63,310 nt of DNA, filler included, from Reticulomyxa filosa (GCA_000512085.1; 17 parts of 17 records of this genome joined end to end with filler, not necessarily neighbours in it); one strand, 5' to 3'. Numbered from the whole stretch's first letter, positions 1 to 12,708 are shown. Notes: generated by a model not told the origin, from the letters alone. Numbers and translations are program-made.

Positions 1-773
1 CCGCCGATGTCGGCGACGAACGGGTTGATGGCGTGCCGCAGGGGGTACTTCACCAGCAGCCTCATCGGCGGCAGGCCCTTGGCCCGGCCGGTGACGACAT
101 ACTGCTTCTGCAGCTCGTCGAGCAGGTTGGCGCGCAGCCGGCGGATCATGCCGGCGGTGCCCGACATGCCGATCACGATGACCGGGATGATCAGGTGCTG
201 CATCACCGACAGGACCTTGCCCCAGCTCAGCGGCTTGTCGATGTACTCGGGGTCCATGAGACCGCCGATCGACAGGCCGAAATAGACCTTGCCGACATAG
301 AGCAGCACCAGCGCCAGCAGGAAGTTCGGGATCGACAGGCCGATGAAGCCGATGAACGACGCGACGTAGTCGCCCAGTTTGTACTGGTGGGTCGCGGCAT
401 AGACGCCGATGACGAACGACACGACCCAGATGAAGATGATCGTGCAGGTCTCCATGATGATGGTGAGCATCATCCGTTCGCTGATCAGGTCGGCGACCGG
501 CACCGTATCCTGGCACGAGAGCCCGAAGTCCCAGCGGAAAATGCCGGCCACCCAGTCGAGATAGCGGTGCCAGAGCGGGAGATTGAGACCGTAGAGGTCG
601 CGCAGCTCGTCGGCGCGCTGGTGGGCGTCCGGATCGCCGCGCGCCAGCAGCTCCTCGATCTGCGAGGTGACGCAGTCGCCCGGCGGCAGGTCGATGATGA
701 AATAGACGAGCGCGCTGATCACGAACAGCGTCGGGATCATCAGCAGCACGCGGCGGACAATGAAGTGCAGCAT
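1..773 (-). CDS. Bacterial peptide/nickel ABC transporter permease (DppB/OppB family), 3' end runs off the window
   Basis: Not in the ORF track. Manual translation from ATG 773: MLHFIVRRVLLMIPTLFVISALVYFIIDLPPGD...LSIPNFLLALVL...RLRANLLDELQKQYVVTGRAKGL...KYPLRHAINPF, which contains the EAA-loop region. GAGG RBS lies upstream, inside the end of the ATPase gene. Confidence 0.92.
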   Translation of the reverse strand, partial: MLHFIVRRVLLMIPTLFVISALVYFIIDLPPGDCVTSQIEELLARGDPDAHQRADELRDLYGLNLPLWHRYLDWVAGIFRWDFGLSCQDTVPVADLISERMMLTIIMETCTIIFIWVVSFVIGVYAATHQYKLGDYVASFIGFIGLSIPNFLLALVLLYVGKVYFGLSIGGLMDPEYIDKPLSWGKVLSVMQHLIIPVIVIGMSGTAGMIRRLRANLLDELQKQYVVTGRAKGLPPMRLLVKYPLRHAINPFVADIG

Positions 774-774
774 G

Positions 775-1152
775 TCAGACCACCTCTCGCCCGTTGGACC
801 GCGAGACGCGGACAAAGTGGCCGGGCTCGGCCTCGGTCCAGAGGAGCGGCGTCTGGCCGTCGTCGCGGAACGGCTCGGGCCAGACCGTGGGATCGGATGC
901 CTTGCCCTCCATCAGCGCCCCGAGGTCGAGGCGGGCGTCGGGATCGGGCATCGGCACCGCCGAAAGCAGCGCCTTGGTGTAGGGGTGCATGGGATTCTTG
1001 AACAGTTCGCCGGCGGGCGCGAGTTCGACCAGGCGGCCGGCGCACATCACGGCGATGCGGTCGGCGATGTAGTCGACCACCGCGAGATTGTGGCTGATGA
1101 ACAGGTAGGTGAGGCCGAGCTGCTTCTGCAGGTCCTTCAGCAGGTTCAGGAT
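775..1152 (-). CDS. Bacterial oligopeptide/dipeptide ABC transporter ATP-binding subunit, C-terminal part
   Basis: [40 protein letters not shown]...[14 protein letters not shown]: H-loop plus oligo_HPY motif. The stop is 1 bp before the permease ATG. Confidence 0.93.
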   Translation of the reverse strand: MLNLLKDLQKQLGLTYLFISHNLAVVDYIADRIAVMCAGRLVELAPAGELFKNPMHPYTKALLSAVPMPDPDARLDLGALMEGKASDPTVWPEPFRDDGQTPLLWTEAEPGHFVRVSRSNGREVV

Positions 1153-1252
1153 NNNNNNNNNNNNNNNNNNNNNNNNNNNNNNNNNNNNNNNNNNNNTTAA
1201 TTAATTAANNNNNNNNNNNNNNNNNNNNNNNNNNNNNNNNNNNNNNNNNNNN
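1153..1252. other. Artificial contig-joining spacer (first of 16)
   Basis: 44 N + TTAATTAATTAA + 44 N. The 12-mer starts at 1197, 4757, 14488, 15792, 19463, 21371, 22771, 24758, 26673, 28767, 31184, 33031, 42440, 47741, 51248 and 62226. Confidence 0.98.
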
Positions 1253-1348
1253 TGGTATGTTACAAACTCGACCTTTTTGTTCCCAAAAAAAAAAAAAAGC
1301 AAAACAAAAGAACACACAACGCAACAACAAGAACGCACAAAAAAAATA

Positions 1349-4300
1349 TTAAAAAGTGGGAGCTGTTTCCTCCTTTTCTTCTTCCCACCAATCGGAAATA
1401 TGGACGTATCTGTCCGTTGCATAAGGCAACATTCGGAATTCAGGACCAACGACAAGTGACGCGATTGCAAACAAGGCCTCATCATAAAAAATGACTAATT
1501 TTTCCTTCAAAGTTCCTCTGTGTATTAATCGGCACAACAATCGCAAGCGACGAGAAGTAAGGATGGCATTAATATGGTCATTGGTGACGGTTACTTTAAT
1601 GTCGGCAGCATTGGAATGTCCAACAAAGTCGACTCGTCCATACAACTCCACGGATTTTTTTTTGATCAATTCCACGTCATCGTAATTGATATCTGATTCT
1701 TTCTGATCTTCATCAATGTTCAAACGTAGATTTAGCGCATCAAGCATTAGCCCAACCAATACAGGAGATTCTTTAAGAGTAATGATAAAGTTTTTAATGC
1801 CTAATCGGCCTCGAATGCGACCATTTTCTTCTTTATCCTTTTCTTTCCATACGCTTAGCCATTGTGCGGCGGGTTCGAGTTTGACCATCCGTTTTTCAAA
1901 GTCGATATTATCGGAATATGTGTCCAAAATGACAGCAATGAACAAGTTGACCATGACCAAAGTGCCAAAAATGCTAAAGGACACAAAATAAGCAACGGCC
2001 AAACCAAAATGCCCACATTCGTATTGGAATGCACCATCCGATGAGGTTGTCAAATATTTCTTGTCAGGACATCTATCTTTATGTGCACCTGTTGCCAACA
2101 ATATCGAGCCCCAATTGTCGTTTGTCGCTATTCGATACAAAACGAGCAAACTGCGGCCAAAGTTTTCAAAATTTATGGAATTGCTGATGCCATCATTGCT
2201 GTCTGTAACAAAAAAAAAAAAAAAAATTGGTGATAATGTTAAAATAAACAAAATAAAAAAAAATAAAAAAAATACCGTAGGGAATGTAATTGCCATATCC
2301 ATCATTGTGAACCACTTTTCCAAATAATTCCATTCCAAAGATGCCCCAAATGAAAAATACAACAAACAACAAGAGTCCAATATTGAGCAAAGAAGGGGCA
2401 GCGTAGACCAACGTCATAAACAAAGCTCTCAATACAGGGGCACGTCGAAGTAGTCGTACCACTCGAATCACTCGTACCAAACGAATTCCATTGGCGGCAT
2501 GATGCTGTCCGGGTGTGGAGAAGCCGATAGTAAACACGGACACAATGATGATCAAAAAGTCAAACACATTCCACCAATCCCTAAAGTATTGACGCCATCC
2601 CAGGCCTATTATCTTCAACACCGCTTCCATCCAGTAAATAACCACAAATACAATATCAATTGCCCATAATGCCACTCCAAATTTCGTTGACTCGCCTTCA
2701 TATGAACTCATCATAAATATCACATTCACGATGATACATCCCAAAATGAAATACTCAAACGAGTCCTTCATAATCAAATCGAATATTTTTCTGAAGAAAT
2801 AAGATATATTTGGTTTTTATTAGATGATTTGTCATTGACTTTTTACAATTTACTTTTCATCCCTTTGAACAGAGACAATATAAAACAAACAATGTATACC
2901 TTCTCCAAGGTTCTTTAGGAGTTTTCTTGGAACTAATTAACGGGAATCGCTCAATGTATCTTTTGGTTCGCACCCATTTTGCTTGGTCTTGTGTAATCAA
3001 TGCGTTCACTTCTTCTTGTTTCTTAATACGCATGAACGAGTCCACTACCACAGAGACAAAGATATTCCACAAAAAGAACCCACCGATTATTGCAAGTGCC
3101 ACGTAATATATGCCTGCCTCAGGTCGATGAAACGGTATGGCTTGCTTAAATTGATCTGACGATGATGCCATGCCAGCAGCTCTAATGTTAATATGTGTGA
3201 AAAGGTTATATATTTTTATTTTTTATTTATTTATTTTTTTTTTCCTTCACTACTCTTCTTAAGGACATGTTCACATAACAGGTCTTCAAACCAATGGGCA
3301 AAGTTGGTAATTTTGAAAGTGGCCAATAGTGCACTGAAGACATTATCAAAATCAAAACCAGCATTCACCCACATTACATTTGCATTTTTGCACGAGTCCT
3401 TATCGGGATACAGGGTTGCGTCTTGCAAAGCAAATGGTTGTCCAACCGCCACACATCTGTAAAGGGACCACACACAAAGTTTTAAAAGGAAGAAGGTATG
3501 AAATTATATTATAATAACAATTATTATCATTTATAAATAGTCGAGTGTCATTACAAAGTATTAATTCATCAAATCAACAAACCTGCCCAGACGTCCAGAA
3601 AATAATTGTGCGCCAATGATCGCAAAAATGAAAAGTACAACAAAAGTGAATATGACACCATTAATGACATTGCCCAGGGAGTGGATAAGTGCTTTGACGA
3701 CAACTTTTACTTGTTTCACTCGGATAGCCACACGAATTGGACGAATTGCTCGCAAGCCACGTAAGAATGTAACACGTGGAAATATTAGACCAAAGACGGA
3801 AACGATGACAACCAACATATCTAAACGATTCCACCAGCTTTTCAAATATGCGTTTTCACATCCTATATATACATATACATATATATATATATGTATATGT
3901 ATGTATATGTGTATATGTATATAGATGTTTTTGCTTAGTTATTAAAGACAACAAAGAGTAAAAGAAATGGCACAAAAAAGATGCCAACTCAACGTTGAGA
4001 ATTGGAATCTGGTGCATTGGCGGCATTTTGTTGATTGGCTGCAGGCTGATTCTCTGGCACCTTTTCTTCATGTTCGTCATGCTGTGGTCGTGCTGCAGGC
4101 TTCGATTCTACATTTCGTACAAACATTCAAATGGCAACCACGAACATGGGAAAAAAAAAAAAAAACAAAAGTAAAAGAAGAGACACAATACCATAAAAGC
4201 CAAAAGCAATGACTTTAATTACTAATTCAAAGCAAAATATGCTGGTAAATACTTTGTCCAAAGCAGACAGTGCTTTTCCCAACGAACTTGAGCTCTTGAC

Positions 4301-4627
4301 GTGTGGACTGTGTAAGCCTAAGAATAAGCAATTCAATATAATTAACACAACCATAGTCCATTCAAAGGCCTCCGAACTCACTAGTCGATGCAAGAACACC
4401 CGGATAGGATGAGTTGGTCCAAAAATGAAGAGTGAGACTCCAGTAATTTTTTTCTGATTTTTCAACTTTTCCACACGTGCTTGATAGCGTGCTTCCACTT
4501 GCAATGCTGTTCGCTTTTTACGAATATCACGAACAAATACTTCCAACTCTTTTCTTCCTTTTTGTCGATCATTCGGATATTTTAACCATAATTTACGGCC
4601 TTGTCGAATTAAATCATCCAGCATCAA
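1349..4627 (-). CDS. Four-domain voltage-gated Ca2+/Na+ channel alpha subunit, domains III-IV and C-tail, multi-exon, partial
   Basis: S4 helices FLRGLRAIRPIRVAIR and IRLVRVIRVVRLLRR. WNRLD and WNVFDF S3 motifs. FDNVFSALLATF and FENFGRSLLVLYRIAT pore helices. S6 NIFVSVVVD and NLFIAVILD. III-IV linker ITQDQAKW. Confidence 0.9.
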
Positions 4628-4812
4628 TTGAATGTCGTCCTTTTGTATATTTATTACATTACATATACATACTTTTGTTCAATGTTTTCAGGCCTTTTGT
4701 CAAACAAACAAANNNNNNNNNNNNNNNNNNNNNNNNNNNNNNNNNNNNNNNNNNNNTTAATTAATTAANNNNNNNNNNNNNNNNNNNNNNNNNNNNNNNN
4801 NNNNNNNNNNNN

Positions 4813-4852
<40 letters not shown>

Positions 4853-4928
4853 TTTTCATTTTATTTCTAATCTTGCCTTGTTTTGCTTGTTTTTAAAATA
4901 ATGACCCTCTCTTTCTCTCCTCTTTAGA

Positions 4929-5524
4929 ATAATGTCTTCAAGCCACTATTCTTGTGTTCGAGCGGGCTGTTGATTTATATATCGACAGGATCGTTCATCG
5001 GCAATAGCTTCATTTGGCTCAACGAAGCGGAACAGAATCGCTTCCGAGTGGTCAGCAATAAGAAAGAAACAATGTTCAAACTGTCTAGTGGAACGCAAGA
5101 AGATTACGGCTGGAGACTGCAAGTGCTGTACTTTCTCCGTGCTTTGCTGGCTTTCTTTGCTCAGATTGAACACCAGCTCGGGGCGTGGGAAATATTTGAT
5201 TCGTACATTGTCCAGCCTACTGTTTATCGAGATATTGTCTATGTATTCATTGGCTTGCTTGGTTTGCAATGGAGCAAAGCGCTACTTATGAATGCTTGCA
5301 TTACTCCGTTCAATGTCCCTGTGCAACCTGATGGGTTAGCTGCTATTTACAACATGATAAAAAAAAAACCGACATGGATATCACAGCCCGGGAATAAAGA
5401 CGTTCAACAGGATGTTCCGCCTGATGGTGCTGCTGGCTTAGGTGTCGGAGTGGAACCCTGTGGGCAGCAAACTGATGACGCTGACATGAAATACGACAAC
5501 AAAAGTGGTGGAGCTGTTGTGTGA
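4929..5524 (+). CDS. Terminal exon of an unknown, probably membrane-associated protein
   Basis: Long ORF after a pyrimidine tract and TTTAG acceptor at ~4928. Contains hydrophobic segments. No family recognised. Confidence 0.5.
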
Positions 5525-6114
5525 ATCCATTAAAGTTCGAATACATCCTCAGCTTTTGCGGCAGTAAGAGAGAGCTGCTTTTGCAACGTTCCAAATTATA
5601 AATCTAGCCTTTAAAAAATGGTGAGATGTAGAGCTAATACGAAACTCGAGCGGAAAAAAAAAAAAGCAACATAAAAAGCAGCAAAAACAAAACGAATGTA
5701 CACTTATTGTTTGAGGGATGTTTGTGTTTTTGGACTAACGTTTAGAACAAACACCTTTGTTTTGTTTTGTTAGAGTTTTAAGTTTCAGCATTTTTTAACT
5801 ATCACATGACATTCGAATCACTAAAGATTTTTTTTGAGATGTGGTTAAACTAGTCTGTTTTTTTTTTATTGTTGTGGTTTTGATTTGTCGAGCTAATAAT
5901 GAACTTGAAAATGCAGTTTGCAAAAGTCCATTACTCAAACAAATGTTATCAATCCAGCAAGGATAGGGATTGCTTTGTAAATCTATTGGTCTTAAAATCT
6001 TCTCACTGATTTAAAGAGAAAAGAATAGTTTACAATATTATCTGCAGTTTTCCAAATGACACAATGAAAAGCAAGCGAGAATATAATAAAATTTTAGCTT
6101 TAATCAGTACTACT

Positions 6115-6333
6115 TGTAGGAATATTGAGGCGACTAACTGTAATACGAAAGGAACTTAGTTCCAAAAAGCAACTTCAGTAAAAGGAAATTAAATTAACAA
6201 AAATAATTTCAACACAACAAAGGAAAACAAGTAAAGAAGACACAAAAGTGAGTTGCGTTGTGAAGAGGGTTTAACCCACTGGGGGTCCCACCGTTCCATT
6301 AGTATTTGAGACTGTATAGGGACTTGCGCTACA
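6115..6333 (+). mobile_element. 219-bp solo-LTR-like element, copy A
   Basis: TGTAG...CTACA ends. 4-bp TSD TACT at 6111-6114 and 6334-6337. Homologous to 37157-37378 and 38687-38912. Strand is relative only. Confidence 0.85.
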
Positions 6334-6787
6334 TACTCATACATAATACTTAAAGATTCAACACATCACACAGAAACTTCATCAAACGTAAAATAAATTG
6401 AGAAGCCATCTTACTTCTGCATAAAATTAAACATTCTTTTTATTTTCTGATTAAAAAAAGATGTAGGGGAAATGAAAGAACAACTTTTTAATTTCTTTAG
6501 ATTGAATAAAAAAACTGAAAAAGACCATAAAATGAACACCAACCAATAAATTTTCTTTTAAGTGAAGCCAAAATTTAAAGATTTGAACACCATTATTAAT
6601 AATGATGTTATTTTTATCTAAAAAAATTTCCAAATAGTTTGTGGTATTGAGAAAATAACAATTTAAAAACTAAAAGAAAGAAGAAAAAACAATGATTAAT
6701 AAAGTTATTTTTTTTCTACATTCAAAGAACAATTACTACAGATCATTACAATTTCAAGTAACACCATGAAAGTCGAGTTTGTGCCCT

Positions 6788-7599
6788 TCACCAAAGACGA
6801 AGAGTGCCCCGATGTGCAGGATGATTGTACAAAGGATGGAGTTTCTGTGGATCATCATCAGGATTTGATCCGTTTTCAATCCATTCTTCTGTGGCTAAAG
6901 CCCAATTAACAACTCCTTTCACTGGGATTTCTTCGTAAAGTGCTGCTTCGATCCGGTCGACGTGATGAATGCGATCAGGCAAAAACCAACGAAACGACTC
7001 TCGGCGGTACTGTGATGCTTTTTTTACTTTTTCTGGATTTTGATGCCACGCTCTTGTTTGAGGTCGAATTCGTACCTCTGGGTCACGCAGCAGACAACTG
7101 TTTAGATTAAAAGAAAAAATGTGAGATATCTTTACTTCAACAATATCATTGACATTTTTACAATTTGCAAAAATCCGTCATTAGGTATTATTAAAAATAG
7201 CAAGGTACCGTTAAAAAAAAAAGTGCGAATACAATTTGGACACACAAATGAAATTGAAATAATGTCTCACATTTTTATTCAAATTTATAAACCGAAATTA
7301 GCTGCTTTGAGAGAGAAAGAGTCATAAACTCAACTTCAGATCTACGTAAGCAGCAAAATAAAAAGCTGCAATAGATGGACCCCACATGAAAAAGGACGCA
7401 ATTGTTGTTTCTTTCAGTTGTTCCTTGTGATTCATCATTTGCAGCAGATGTCCTTTCCAAAATCTAATAATATGAAAAATCATCTGTTCTTTTCTTGTTT
7501 AATGATTTATGAAAAAAAAAACAAAATTACAAATAAAAAAATTTTTAAAACTTCCCCTCTCGAGACTCTGGAAACGAGCAAACGCTTTGGATTGTCCAT
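6788..7599 (-). CDS. B12D/NDUFA4-like small mitochondrial membrane protein, 3 exons
   Basis: Manual splice: MDNPKRLLVSRVSRG / FWKGHLLQMMNHKEQLKETTIASFFMWGPSIAAFYFAAYVDL / LLRDPEVRIRPQTRAWHQNPEKVKKASQYRRESFRWF... A TM helix followed by LxRxPEVR...Y...FR resembles the B12D family. Confidence 0.45.
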
Positions 7600-8819
7600 C
7601 TTTTAGTAAGTTTTTTGAATTTGTCAGATTTGTGACCAGTTGTTCGGGTTTGGTCCTGTACAATGCTATAAAATAAAAAATATCATATTTTCTACTACTA
7701 AAATTGAGTTATAATATTTTTTATTAAGCACATATGTTGACGACAATGTTGTACCAGTGATGTAAATATTAATAATAAAATGGAAACATTTTAATTATAA
7801 AGCTACTCATTGTTGTATTGCTTTGATAAAAGAAAAAAATTGATAATGTCATTTACTGTCATTTTAAAAAAATTTTAAAGTGTAATCGTGTCAAACATTA
7901 AATTTATTTTTTTTTATTCTCAAAATCCAGCTGCAGTATTGTATTCAAAAAGTGACAACATAAAGCTTGTCATAATTTGCAATTTTTAAAAAACATTTTG
8001 GAAATGTCTTTCATTTTGCCTTTTTGATTTAATATGATCGCCAATTCGCAAAGTTTATAAATAATTAATTGACGAACTATTAAAATATTTAACAAAAAAC
8101 TTTTTCTTGTGTTATTGCGTCAAAAAAATAGTCAGATAGCCTTAATTTTCTGTGGTATCGTACACATACGATATACTTCTAAAGTTTTTGTATCCCAAGC
8201 AATAAGAAATGTGAATATTTGTTGTGGTTTTATTTGTTGTTTCTTACAGGGTTCGGGTATATTGTTCAATATGCTCTCTAACTTGATTAAAGAATGAAAT
8301 TGAGCACATATGTTGCCTTTAAACAATTTAATTGAATGAATATGAATTACAATTTAAAAATAAATAAATTTTTGGATTCTCCAAGATGCATAGATATTAT
8401 TTAAAAAAGAATTTTGAAAAATATTAAATAATGTTATGAATGTTCATAGGAGTTCATGTTAGTGGTCTTTTTTTTTGCTGATTGTATCATTAATAGAATC
8501 ATAGTACGATTAAAATTGATTAGCATTATTATTCAACAAAAAAGCTACCAGTTTTTATGTTGATACTTAATGAACATTGTGTTTTCAAAAAACAGCATAG
8601 CAAAGACTAGTTTCCTCAGCAAGCCACAAGAAAAAACAAGCACTTCTCGACGCCCCTTGATACGAAAAAGTTCAAAAAATTTAATCATTGAAGAAAATCT
8701 CAAATAATAGAATTTGTAAGTTTATATATATATATATATATAATCTGTGCTTGATTTTGTTGTTGTGTATGGTATTTATTGTATAAATGATGTGTTTGTG
8801 TTAGCTGAAAGAAAAAGAA

Positions 8820-9751
8820 ATGGCAACAAGCAGCCAGTCGAGCTGGAAAAGTGTGAAAAGTGAAGAAGAGACAAATGAGCGTTTGCGAGACGCATTGACG
8901 ACAATGAATGCAAAGTACATGCAAGTGAAGTTGGAGTTGGACAACACGACAGCAGAGTACAACAAGTTGAAAAGCGAGTTGAAGCAAAAAGAGTTGAGCT
9001 CCGGAGAAAACAACACAACAGCAGCGAATGTGTTCAACAAATTCCAAAAATTTCGGACGACAGTGTTGCAATCGGCAAAGAATCGTTCGCAGAGTATGCA
9101 AGGAGTAGAAGAGCGTGAGAAAGATAGTAACGACCAGCAAAACGAGCAAGAAGAAGAAAGAGGAGGAGGAGAAGAACGAGAAGAAGACGTGGTGAGACGA
9201 AGTGGCAACAATCAGAATAATGTGGCGGACACGAGTAGCCAGGAAGTTTCCGAGAACGAAGTAGCAAGTAACGGGAACGGATTAGTAAAGTCACAAGAGC
9301 AGCAAATAAAAGAAAGAGATCGTCTGCGACGAGAAAAGGATGACTTGACATCCAAGTATGCAGAGGCGATGGAGCAGATCTCGCGTCTGAAAGCACAGGC
9401 AAACAAAGACGCGGAGCGATTGGAAGAGTTTATCCACACGAGAGAGCGCGAGCAAATGCAAATGAAAGAGCAGTTGACCAAAGAGTGGACGGAGAGGAAT
9501 GAGCGAGAGATGGCCACATATAAGCTCGAGTTGGACACACTTCGAAGCGCCGTCAAGCAACACGCGACGCAACTGAAGGAAATGGAAGACAAGTGGGAAC
9601 ACAAATGTCATCTCATTGTCACCGAAAGAAACTCGTTGCAACGCAAACTTAAAGTATTGCAAGCCGATGTTGCTAAGACTACTACTTCTGCAATGGAAGA
9701 GGTTACTACTATTAATCCTGTCATTGCGGAACATGTAACTACTACTACTAC

Positions 9752-9783
<32 letters not shown>

Positions 9784-10256
9784 CTTCTTCGCAAGCACTC
9801 ATTGGCATTGTCACTCACAGTGTTGTCGCCACTGCAGACGTCTCGCCTGCTTTCAAAATTCAAGAACTGCGAAAAGAAATGGTCGAAATGAAACGCAAAC
9901 ACGACGCTGAACGCAATCAACTCATCGCCATGATCAATCGCTTGTCCAGCCAACACAGTGTACACTCCCAAAAGGGCACTGATATTCAACAACTCGTCAA
10001 TTGCTTGTCCACCACCATTCTGGAAAAAGAGGAAATCATTCGCAGCTTGCAAGAGTCCAAACACTTTTTGGGACAAAAGGTCTTGCAGTTAGAAAACCAG
10101 ATCAAATATCTTGATCATACACCTCCTCCTGATCAACAGTTTGAACACAAGGCTGATGTTCGAAATGGTCGGTCCTCGCCGGCTGATCAGAAAGGGGGAC
10201 CTGCTCATGATCATGATGATCATGGTGATGATGGTAATGAAGAGCTAGTATGTTGA
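8820..10256 (+). CDS. 478-aa coiled-coil protein with poly-T/poly-S tract
   Basis: Single long ORF with E/K/Q-rich heptads. (ACT)n(TCT)n microsatellite in frame at ~9738-9790. Confidence 0.8.
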
Positions 10257-10699
10257 TCTTGTTTGTTTTTTTTTTTTTTTGTATTTTTGTTGTTGTTGTT
10301 GTTGTTGTTGTTGTTCTCTCGTTGTTGTGAATTGTTTTGGAGAAGGGGAAAAAAAAAATGTGCTTCCAACTCTCATACTATATAAAAAAAAAAAAAAAAA
10401 AAACAAAGCAAACGCATTTTGCACCTTTATATTATTAAAAAACAAAACACAAAAAAAATTGTTTAAAAATTTCAACAAAAAATTGTTGATAGTACCGCTT
10501 GTCTTTCTTATTTTTCAATTGTCCAATGATTTCTTTGTCTTTTGAATATGCCAATTGAACCGATTTCTTTAATTCGTTGTGAAAAATGTTTAACACCACG
10601 AGTCTACCGCACAAGACTTTTCAACCTCAAAAACGAAAACCGCAATAAAGAACACTTCTTTTTTTTTTGCTAACAGAATAAAACAACTGCGAGGACACA

Positions 10700-12243
10700 A
10701 TGGGCTGTTGCATTGGTGGTGATCTGGTTGGAAGAGACATTAATCAGAGAATGAAGGAAGCACTGGAACAAAACCAAGGAAGACAGCATATACTTTTGCT
10801 TGGAGCGGGAGAAAGTGGGAAATCGACACTATTTTAAAAACTTGAAGCGGGTCCATGGCGAGCCACTTATTGAAGAAGCACGTGCGGTCGCCGACACAGC
10901 AAACACAGTGAGACAGAGTCTAGTTGAATTTTTGGTGAAGCTGTTGGTGAAATCACAGGCATTGTACGAATTGGACAAAGAAAAGAACACGGATTGTTTG
11001 GTGAAAGAAGACGACAGCCTGACCGTGCAATATGTCCAATTCTTAGTCAAGTACCAAAAAAACACATTTGGCGAAGGAAAAGGAGTACAAAAAGATGACA
11101 TGTTACATCTCGGCGAGGCCATTGCATACTTGTGGAAACTACCGTCCATTCAAGCAACATTTGCGAAGCGCTGTGGGCTGTTTTCTTTCCCAGACAACCT
11201 GGAATATTTTTATAACAAAGTGTCAGACGTTATGGATCCAGGATATACACCCACTGAAGAGGACATTCTCAAAGCACGAGTACGTACAACAGGTAACATG
11301 ATTGAACTAATTTTTTTTTTTTTTTTTTGTAAAAAAAAAAAACCCTTTGCAGATTTATGCGTGATGCTAATATGCAAAAAAAAAAAAAAAATGAATAAAA
11401 ATACAGGTGCGGTAGTGTATGAATACACCGAACAAGGGGCTTCGTTTCTTATCACGGATGTCGGAGGACAACGAAGTGAGCGCAAAAAATGGGTTAATCA
11501 GTTTGAAAATGTAGCTGCTGTGATATTCGTGACCGCTCTAAACCATTATAATGCTGTGCTATTTGAAGATGAGAGGAAAAACGCCATGCATGAAGCACTC
11601 GACTTGTTTAAAGAATACGCCAATATTTCGCAGTTTCGTCAAACCGGTAAGTTTTTTTTTTTTTTTACAAACCTTTTTCCCCTTTCGCATTTTTTTTCCT
11701 TCCCTTTTTTTTTTTAAAGATAGCGAGGGAATGAAAAAAAACTGCTTAACTGACGCCAGTCAATTTTTATTTTTATTTTTTGGGGTGGTAAATGGACAGA
11801 GTTAATTTTGTTCCTAAACAAGAAGGATTTGTTTGAAGAACAATTGAGAAAAGTTCCTTTGACAGTATGTTTCAGCGCGAATGCTGGATGGTATGTTGTA
11901 TGTAGAGCACGTTTTTTTTTATAGTGATCGACACACTGTCAATTTTTAAAATTGCAATAATATTTTGAATGGTGACAACAGGGAAGGAGAAGAATGGACT
12001 GGAGAGAATTATAAATGTATTACAGATGATGAAGAAGAGGATAGAATTCATTTTGATCGATGCTATTCACAGGCTATTGAATTTATTACGGATTTGTTTG
12101 TCAAAAGGAACACTATTCTGTCCCGTGTTGTCTCTTGTCATGTAACATGCGCCACTGATCAGAACAATGTTCAAAAAGCTTTTTGGGGCGTGCAACGGAT
12201 GGTCATTCAGTCTAATTTGAAAGTTGTCGGCATTTTGTCATAA
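10700..12243 (+). CDS. Heterotrimeric G-protein alpha subunit, 4 exons, one apparent frameshift at ~10835
   Basis: MGCC lipidation start. G1 [10 protein letters not shown]2 ARVRTTG, G3 DVGGQR, G4 FLNKKD, G5 TCAT. GT-AG introns start at ~11293, ~11647 and ~11891. An extra T in ATTTTAAAAA breaks the frame after KSTLF. Confidence 0.92.
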
Positions 12244-12708
12244 AGACAGCAATACACATCTAATGCAACAATTTCTTACGATTACGATAACCAAAAATTC
12301 AACTAAAAATTGCCATAGTGTATACATTGTTTTGTTTTGTTTTTTTGTATCTTCCTCACCGGAACAAACAATTTTTGTTTCAATAACCTTCGCTTTTTGC
12401 CTCGTTGTTTGACTTCTTCTTGTTTTTTCAGGGTTGATTTGACAGCTATTCCATGCTTATGTTGCTTGTTTTGGTGAAAATAATTGAGCCATCTTTTTTG
12501 ACAATATTTATTCGCAGCAATCTTTTATTTTACAAGGATTATTCTAGCCGTCATTTTTGAGAGTTGTGACATTTTAAAAAACCAACCACAACTTTTTTAA
12601 GGTTTAAACTTCTAAAATTACCCCAAAAAAAACTCGGTTAAAAGAATTCTGTGTTGTGGTACATTGCAATCAAAAAAAAACCAACAACAAAGCAACTTAC
12701 TTTCATAA

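Noticed and set aside
33-1001. 322-aa plus-strand ORF and other antisense ORFs in the GC-rich contigs
   Set aside because: These are shadow ORFs of the real ABC and ADH genes, caused by high GC.
1197-1208. Recurring TTAATTAATTAA palindrome as a biological repeat
   Set aside because: It is always centred in a fixed N spacer and is an assembly linker. Adjacency across linkers carries no biological meaning.
10829-10842. TTT-TAA in G-alpha as a Euplotes-style programmed +1 frameshift
   Set aside because: Other frameshifts in the window (~17405, ~54620, ~59452) are homopolymer gains or losses without that motif, and many contigs break at homopolymers. Pyrosequencing error is the simpler explanation; reads would settle it.
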